From Phycisphaerae bacterium (GTDB lineage: Bacteria; Planctomycetota; Phycisphaerae; SM23-33), in NCBI GenBank assembly GCA_016782885.1, contig JADHXQ010000011.1, positions 1,042 through 65,041 of the forward strand: a stretch of DNA of 64,000 nucleotides. Reading direction: 5' to 3'. A model generated the notes under the pieces. The model saw only the letters and a list, made by a program, of their open reading frames with translations, searched no databases and was not told the DNA's origin. A program made the position numbers and the translations under genes. Positions 57,773 to 64,000 of this stretch are shown in pieces. The number at the start of each line of letters is the position of its first letter. Within the stretch, counting starts at the first letter, position 1.

Positions 57773-59209
57773 ATGAGACATCTGCCCGCCAAACCGTTTG
57801 AGTTCGCGACTCGCCACGTTTGTGTGATGATGATCGCCCTTGCCATTATCAGCCCGGCGGCGATGGGCGCCAAACCCAATCGCTTCCTGCTTCTGGACGG
57901 GCGCATCGTCGAAAAAGCGGACAACGCGAAACTCGTCGTCGGGACCGTCGAGAAACACCAGGCCAACCCGCTCTTCGGCGAAGACAAGCCCTGGGAGATG
58001 CGCTTCGACAACCTCTACGGAAACATCATCTACGATCGGGCCGAAAAAATATACAAGTGCTGGTACAGCCCCTTCATCATAGACGCGCCCTGGTCGAGGA
58101 AGTGGACCGTTGAAGAGCGTCAGAAGAAGCGATACCGCAGCGGACGAAGGGAAATGGGCATCTGCTACGCGACGTCGAAAGACGGTATCGCCTGGGTAAA
58201 ACCGGAACTCGGACTGATGGATTACGACGCGGAGAATCGCTCGAAACGCGGCTCGGGCGACAAGAAGAACAACATCGTCCTTCGCGGCCCGCATGGGGCG
58301 GGCGTGTTCAGGGACGACCGCGATCCCGACCCCAAGCGCCGCTACAAGACCATCTACCAGGGCCTGAGCGTCAGCTTCTCTCCAGACGGGCTCCACTGGT
58401 CCAAAGCCCAAAAGTGCCAGGGCGTCCGCGTCGCGGGCGATACGCACAACAACGCGTTCTGGGCGCCGACGCTCGGGAAGTATGTTGGCATCACGCGTAC
58501 CTGGGGCCGCCCCAAGGGAAGGCAGGTGGCGAGAATCGAAAGCGACGATTTCGTCAAGTGGACCAAAGAAGTGGTGGTCCTCGAAGGGCTCAGCAATAAA
58601 CAGCAGACTTACGCCATGCCGGTGTTCTATCGCTGCGGCGTCTATATCGGACTGATCGCTATTTTCGACATACCGTCCAACCGAGTGTGGACGGAGTTGG
58701 CATGGTCCGCGGACACGAAGAAATGGAACCGCGTTTCGCCCGGCACGCCGCTGATCCCCTGCTCGGAGAAGAAACTCGACTACGATTACGGATGCGTGTA
58801 CCCCTGCGCATACCCCGTCTTCCTGAAAGATGGAATCCGCCTCTATTACGGCGGGAGCGATTACCTGCATAACGGATGGCGCACCGGTTTTCTCTGCCTG
58901 GCGACCCTCAGGCCCGACGGATTCGCCGGTTACGAGCAGGAAGACCAGAGCAAGCCGTCGATCGTCACGACAACCGCAATCCCCTACTCCGGACAGGCTC
59001 TTCAGATCAGCGCGGACGTGGCGAAATCCGGCTCGATCAAAACCTGCGTCGTCGACGCCGGCGGGAAAGTCATTTCGGAGGCGCAAACGATCACGCAAAC
59101 AGTAACTGACGCCCCACTGAAACTGTCGAAGAAGATCACAACCGACAATATCCGCCTCCGCTTCGAATTGAGAAACGCCAAGCTTTACTCATTCAGCTTT
59201 GGCGATTGA
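57773..59209 (+). CDS. Secreted five-bladed beta-propeller glycoside-hydrolase-like protein
   Basis: CYATSKDGIAWVKPELG, SPDGLHW, SDDFVKW, IRLYYGG, LATLRPDGF, KLYSF. Confidence 0.78.
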   Translation: MRHLPAKPFEFATRHVCVMMIALAIISPAAMGAKPNRFLLLDGRIVEKADNAKLVVGTVEKHQANPLFGEDKPWEMRFDNLYGNIIYDRAEKIYKCWYSPFIIDAPWSRKWTVEERQKKRYRSGRREMGICYATSKDGIAWVKPELGLMDYDAENRSKRGSGDKKNNIVLRGPHGAGVFRDDRDPDPKRRYKTIYQGLSVSFSPDGLHWSKAQKCQGVRVAGDTHNNAFWAPTLGKYVGITRTWGRPKGRQVARIESDDFVKWTKEVVVLEGLSNKQQTYAMPVFYRCGVYIGLIAIFDIPSNRVWTELAWSADTKKWNRVSPGTPLIPCSEKKLDYDYGCVYPCAYPVFLKDGIRLYYGGSDYLHNGWRTGFLCLATLRPDGFAGYEQEDQSKPSIVTTTAIPYSGQALQISADVAKSGSIKTCVVDAGGKVISEAQTITQTVTDAPLKLSKKITTDNIRLRFELRNAKLYSFSFGD

Positions 59210-59475
59210 ACGCTGACCACATCGGACGTTGATTGCTACGGTAAAACCGCTTGCGGTTTAGCGCGTCGTTGCTTTATCGTCATCCCGAAGGGATGAAAGG
59301 TCAGGCGCGTGCTATACAGATCGTTCGCACCCCCCGTCGACACACAAGAGAAGACGCCTTATTAACTATTCACGCTCTGACCCCATATGTCGCGGAACGA
59401 TGGTTTTGCGGGCGTTTTCGGATTTCTTATTTCGTACTGATCGGTATGGGGGTTGTGAACGTTATATATTGTGGA

Positions 59476-60525
59476 ATGTCACACATCTGGAACCCTACAT
59501 CATGCCGAACCTGCGAACTTATGCCGCTGGTTGCACTTCTCGTCGCATTGTTCATGTTGTACGGATGCGGGCCTTCGCGCCAGGAGCCCGTCGAACAACC
59601 TGAAACGCGCAACTCGCCGCCCGCCACCCAAAAAGCCCAGCCAAAAAGCAAACCCGCGCCGTTCGTTCCGAAACCGATCCGCATTTCCGCAGCCGGCGCC
59701 GTTGATTTCGATATCAACTGGCCGCCGAGATCTCTGACGCCAAGCAAACCGTCCAGACGAAGCCTGCTGACGGGCCAACTGCTCCTACGGGGCGACACGT
59801 CACAAAAGACCGATCCGAGAATATTCATCACGCTAGTCCTCACCCGCCCGCACACCACGGACGCCGACAGAGAGTTCTGGAACTCCGAAACCACCTTCAG
59901 ACAATACAAGAACTGGATGCCATACGTCCGAGGCCGGGACGCTGATGAGGGCCAGTGGCTCTGGCCGAACCTGGCGTGCCTGTTCAAAGCCCGAGGGACC
60001 GAGCGTGTAGAGCGTTACGGCGGCTGGGATCGAGGCCACAAGGCGGACAATGATTTCGGCGGAGTGCTGATCCGCAAATACGACGCCTCAGGCGCCACCG
60101 AATCCGGTAAGCCGCTGGTCTCAGGCGATTGGCGCGCCGTCGGTGACAACGACGCGGGGCTCTTCAATGTAGCTCACTCCGCCGAGTCGAACACTTTCAC
60201 GCTGCACCCCGGCGACATCGACAGGCCATGCCGCGGACGAGCCAGGGTCTGGTTCATCTACGGGGACTTCATGACCTGGCGACCACCATGGAAGTACGCG
60301 AGCGGACCCATGAAGGGTCGTCCGCTGAAAAAAGAGTACGCCGGCGGAATCATCGCGCAATTCCGGATCGACTGGACCTGCGCCCCCGGCCGCCCGTTCG
60401 AGTTTACGGTAACCCCCGAAACGCCGCGCGACGACACGGGTTTCGACTGGATAAAATGGGTCGCCAGAAAAACCGAATGGGACACGCCAATAGCCCGCCC
60501 AAGACTAACCGACCACATAAAGTAG
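59476..60525 (+). CDS. Hypothetical lipoprotein (alternative start 59521)
   Basis: LFMLYGC lipobox-like segment, Pro-rich linker, Trp-rich domain. Confidence 0.65.
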   Translation: MSHIWNPTSCRTCELMPLVALLVALFMLYGCGPSRQEPVEQPETRNSPPATQKAQPKSKPAPFVPKPIRISAAGAVDFDINWPPRSLTPSKPSRRSLLTGQLLLRGDTSQKTDPRIFITLVLTRPHTTDADREFWNSETTFRQYKNWMPYVRGRDADEGQWLWPNLACLFKARGTERVERYGGWDRGHKADNDFGGVLIRKYDASGATESGKPLVSGDWRAVGDNDAGLFNVAHSAESNTFTLHPGDIDRPCRGRARVWFIYGDFMTWRPPWKYASGPMKGRPLKKEYAGGIIAQFRIDWTCAPGRPFEFTVTPETPRDDTGFDWIKWVARKTEWDTPIARPRLTDHIK

Positions 60526-60590
60526 GCACCGCCGAACACCTTTTTTGTGTCCTTTGAAGTGTCGTCGCAGGCGCTCCCGCCGCAAGTGAA

Positions 60591-62114
60591 TCAATGCCCT
60601 TTTTTCAGGGCGTATAGTTTCTTCATTGTGGCGATGTAGATCGCGGAGTTGGCTGCGGTGGCTGCTCCGTGGACGGCGCTGTCAAGCTGGATGTCTGCGA
60701 GGATTTTTTTCGTTCGCCCGGCGGCGAGGATGAGGAACTGGCCTTTTCGCGTGCCCACGTAGATTTTGGAGTCCGCCGCCAGCGCCGAACCGTACACTTC
60801 GCCCTTTGTCTTGTGGGCCCACACAGTCTTGCCCGTATCGGCGTCGAGGCAGTATAAATTACCGCCCAGGTCGCCGACATACAGCAGACCGCCGGCGATC
60901 GCGACCGTGGCGCAGCAGTGCTGCGAGACCTCGCTCGACCATATCCCGGCGGTCGTGGTGACGTCGCCGCTCTTCGTCGCGTCGATGCACTTTACCCACG
61001 CCTTGCGCTTGCCCCACCAGATATCTCCGCCGACGGTCACATAGATGCGGTTCTTATGGAAGACGGGCATACAGTAGATGATGCTCGGGCCGGCGGCGCG
61101 GTTCTTGATATACTCGTTAAGATTGACTTTGGGCGCGGACGGATCGCAGTCGAATCGCCATATCCGCTTCAGCGCGGCGGGCTTGGCGGCAGGGGCGGCA
61201 TCAGGCTTCACGGCCGCAAAGGCGTAGACCACGCCGTCGCCGCCGCCGAAGAAAACCTGGCGTTTTCCGCCGACCTCGCCCATCGACGGCGGGGCCCAGG
61301 TGGCGTGGAATATTCGCGGACCGATCCGCTCGGCGTCCGCGGCGATGAGCTTTCCGGTGGTTTTGTCCAGCACGATCAGGCTGGGCGCGTCGGGGCGGCG
61401 GATCTTCTTGTGGGAGTTGTCCTTGCCGTTACTCGTGTTGAGGTACAGGTGGTTGCCCACCACCATAATCGAAACGCTCACCGAATCGTGGGGCCACATC
61501 CTGATCCCGTCTGCGGTGCGCATATCGAGCCGCCAGATAATGTCGGCGTCGAACTTGCCGAGTTTCACCGGCTTCGCGTCGCCCTGGGTCATGAACTTCT
61601 CTTCATCCTTGAAAGGCCCGTTGTTACCGTCTGACAGGGCGTTTATGTCCAGGCACACGACCTCGGCGCGGTTGGTGACAACGTAAACGCGGTCGCCATC
61701 GACCGTCGGCACGGAGCAGATTCCGACTTTGGGCCAGTCGAGATACCTGTCGCTCAGCAGTTTGGGCACGACGAGCTGCCATGCGAACTTACCGTCGGAC
61801 TCGTTGAAGCACATCAGCACGCCTAAATCTCCGGTGCGTCGCGGATCGCGCGGGCGTTCATTGTTCGTGCCGATAAACACCTTCCCGCCGGCGACGATCG
61901 GCGTGGAGTACGTGCGTCCGCCGATGTCCACCGACCACTTGACGTTCTTTCCGCTAGCCAGGTCGAAGGTCTCGGGCAGGTTCTTTTCGGCCGATACCAT
62001 ATTGCGATCGTAACGATTACCCCACTGCGGCTGATCGCCGGCCTGTGCGGCGATAACGAGAAACGCTCCGGCCAGCACGGTCGCCAGCGATCTGAAAAAC
62101 GGCGTGATGCGCAT
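60591..62114 (-). CDS. Secreted PQQ-like beta-propeller repeat protein
   Basis: DQPQWG..RN, NVKWSV, YSTPIVAGGKVFIGTNN, LYCLDADTGKTVW. Confidence 0.88.
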   Translation of the reverse strand: MRITPFFRSLATVLAGAFLVIAAQAGDQPQWGNRYDRNMVSAEKNLPETFDLASGKNVKWSVDIGGRTYSTPIVAGGKVFIGTNNERPRDPRRTGDLGVLMCFNESDGKFAWQLVVPKLLSDRYLDWPKVGICSVPTVDGDRVYVVTNRAEVVCLDINALSDGNNGPFKDEEKFMTQGDAKPVKLGKFDADIIWRLDMRTADGIRMWPHDSVSVSIMVVGNHLYLNTSNGKDNSHKKIRRPDAPSLIVLDKTTGKLIAADAERIGPRIFHATWAPPSMGEVGGKRQVFFGGGDGVVYAFAAVKPDAAPAAKPAALKRIWRFDCDPSAPKVNLNEYIKNRAAGPSIIYCMPVFHKNRIYVTVGGDIWWGKRKAWVKCIDATKSGDVTTTAGIWSSEVSQHCCATVAIAGGLLYVGDLGGNLYCLDADTGKTVWAHKTKGEVYGSALAADSKIYVGTRKGQFLILAAGRTKKILADIQLDSAVHGAATAANSAIYIATMKKLYALKKGH

Positions 62115-62276
62115 ATAGAAGAATCCTTTTGCCTGCGGGATCGAACGTTTATGCGAAGGCGTCGCGGAGATTCTACCATGATCCGCCGCCCGATTGTCAG
62201 ATGATTTGCATTTCCGCCGCTAGGTGCGGCCTCGATGGGACGGTATACTAATCAAACTACTAGTAAAGGCGGTGAT

Positions 62277-64000
62277 ATGATGCGAGTCAACTTATTATGT
62301 GCGGTGTGCGTTTTGGTATTCGTCGGACTCGCTGCAGCCTGGTGCGCCGGCGAGGGCGACGCTCTGAAGAGTCTCGAGCCGAAAGTCTTCCTCCCCGACG
62401 GGCGCGAGTTCAAGACGTGGCGGCCGACTCTGACGTTCTCACGCACCTTGTACGTCGACGGTTCAGCCGCCAACGCGTCCGACGACAATCCCGGTACGAA
62501 GAAACGCCCGCTGAAGACGATCAATCGAGCAGCCCAACTCGCCGCGGCGGGTCAGCGGGTGCTGGTGGCGGCCGGTGTCTATCGCGAGCGGGTCCGTCCC
62601 AAGCGCGGAGGCGAGTCGCCGGCGAAAATGATCAGCTACCAGGCCGCGCCGGGGGCGAAGGTAGTCATCAAAGGCTCCCGCGTTGTAACGGACAAATGGC
62701 AGGCGGGCGGCGCCAGGGGCGTCTGGAAACTCGCCCTCCAGGCCAAGTGGTTCGAGAACGACTACAATCCATTTGCGCTGCCCAACGTCACGCCAAAGCA
62801 GTTCGACATGATGTCGTGGGCCCAGCGCTGGCGGGGCAAAAAGCCTTACACGCTGCCGAGGGGCCTGGTGTTCCAGGACGCCCGGCGGCTCGTGCAGGTC
62901 AATACGCTCGACGATCTCGCCAAGCGCCCGGGGGCGTATTGGGTGGACGTCAAGGGTCAGATTCTGCACGTCCATCCGTTCGACAACAAGGATCCCAATA
63001 CCGCGGTAATGGAGATAACCACGCAGCGGTGCGTTTTCGCCCCCGAGCAGACAGGCCTGGGATACATCCACGTCGCGGGGTTCATCATCGAGCACGCGGG
63101 CAATGAGTTTCCATTCCCGCAATGCGGCGCCCTGTCGACCTGGCGCGGGCATCACTGGCTCATCGAGCGGAACACCGTGCGGGCGGTCAACAGCGTTGGT
63201 ATCGATATCGGAGACCAGTACTGGGCGCTGGCTCAGCCGAAAGTCCGGGCGGGATGGCATATCGTGCGGAACAATACCATTACCGGCTGCGGCGTGTGCG
63301 GTATCCAGGGCCTGTCCTGCCGCGACGGCCTCATCGAAAACAACCTGCTGGTCGGAAACGCGATCTACGATGTCGAGGGCTACTACGAGACCGCGGCGAT
63401 CAAGACGCACGGCAATGCCAACACGCTGATTCGCGGTAATCGGATTTTCGACACGCTGCACGGTGGCGGAATATGGATGGACTTCGCCAACGTCAACTCC
63501 CGCTGCAGCCGTAATATCATCGTAAACTCGAGCACGATGCACGGCGGGATATTCATCGAGGCGTCGCTGAAGCCCAACATGATCGACCGCAACTTCATCT
63601 GGAACACGCGCGGGGCGGGGATCTACGAACACGACTCCCGCGGCCAGATCATCTGCCACAACTTCATCGGCAAATCCACCGGGCCGGCGATCCGCCTGAG
63701 GGGCAAGGTCACTAACCGCAAGGTCGGCGGCGAGAAAATCGTCAGCGGCAACCACACGGTCACTAACAACGTCCTCTTCGGTTCCAAGGTCCCTCTTGAG
63801 ACGCGCGACAAGCATGCCGACCTGAGCAATAATATTTCCGAGGGTATCGTCGCCGAGTTCGATCGCGAGACAATGACCCTCAGGTGGTCCGGCGGCGGTA
63901 ATGGGCCTCGCTGCCGGGCTGTGAATAACATAACCCACGACTTCTTTACCAAACCCCTGAACCCCCAGGCCGTCGCGCCGGGTCCATTCGCCACGATACC
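62277..64000 (+). CDS. Secreted right-handed beta-helix protein (DUF1565/GH120-like), partial
   Basis: Manual translation MMRVNLLCAVCVLVFVGLAAAWC...LYVDGS...SDDNPGT..RPLKTINRAA...GVYRERV; absent from the ORF track, consistent with no stop before the window end. Confidence 0.85.
   Translation, partial: MMRVNLLCAVCVLVFVGLAAAWCAGEGDALKSLEPKVFLPDGREFKTWRPTLTFSRTLYVDGSAANASDDNPGTKKRPLKTINRAAQLAAAGQRVLVAAGVYRERVRPKRGGESPAKMISYQAAPGAKVVIKGSRVVTDKWQAGGARGVWKLALQAKWFENDYNPFALPNVTPKQFDMMSWAQRWRGKKPYTLPRGLVFQDARRLVQVNTLDDLAKRPGAYWVDVKGQILHVHPFDNKDPNTAVMEITTQRCVFAPEQTGLGYIHVAGFIIEHAGNEFPFPQCGALSTWRGHHWLIERNTVRAVNSVGIDIGDQYWALAQPKVRAGWHIVRNNTITGCGVCGIQGLSCRDGLIENNLLVGNAIYDVEGYYETAAIKTHGNANTLIRGNRIFDTLHGGGIWMDFANVNSRCSRNIIVNSSTMHGGIFIEASLKPNMIDRNFIWNTRGAGIYEHDSRGQIICHNFIGKSTGPAIRLRGKVTNRKVGGEKIVSGNHTVTNNVLFGSKVPLETRDKHADLSNNISEGIVAEFDRETMTLRWSGGGNGPRCRAVNNITHDFFTKPLNPQAVAPGPFATI

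Overview
GC-rich bacterial DNA (about 60% GC by eye). Gene content points to Planctomycetota, probably Phycisphaerae-like (inference): Tat-exported Gfo/Idh/MocA paralogues, PEP-CTERM proteins, a LamG/hydrazine-synthase-alpha-like protein and PQQ-propeller proteins. In order, the window holds: (1) a Zn/Mn-type ABC importer and His-rich outer-membrane protein behind a CxxC/RAPP leader ORF whose 3' end can pair with the next ribosome-binding site, a probable metal-sensing ribosome-arrest switch and the top finding; (2) a radical SAM/methyltransferase operon whose last gene has a duplicated 3' end bracketing a 1.6-kb insert with a PEP-CTERM gene and a gene remnant; (3) a type IV pilus/T2SS-like cluster (STAS, MshEN-type ATPase, PilC/M/N/O, five pilins) with sigma28-like promoters, interrupted by an antisense beta-helix glycan enzyme gene; (4) a decayed acyl-CoA ligase; (5) sugar and amino-sugar catabolism genes (three Gfo/Idh/MocA, NanA-like, nagB, nagA, NRAMP-like carrier); (6) an orphan binding protein plus hybrid kinase; (7) an ECF sigma/anti-sigma/periplasmic sensor module with a candidate cognate promoter seen twice; (8) several secreted proteins. 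No rRNA, tRNA, CRISPR array, integrase or transposase was recognised. All family calls come from reading motifs by eye, not from database searches.
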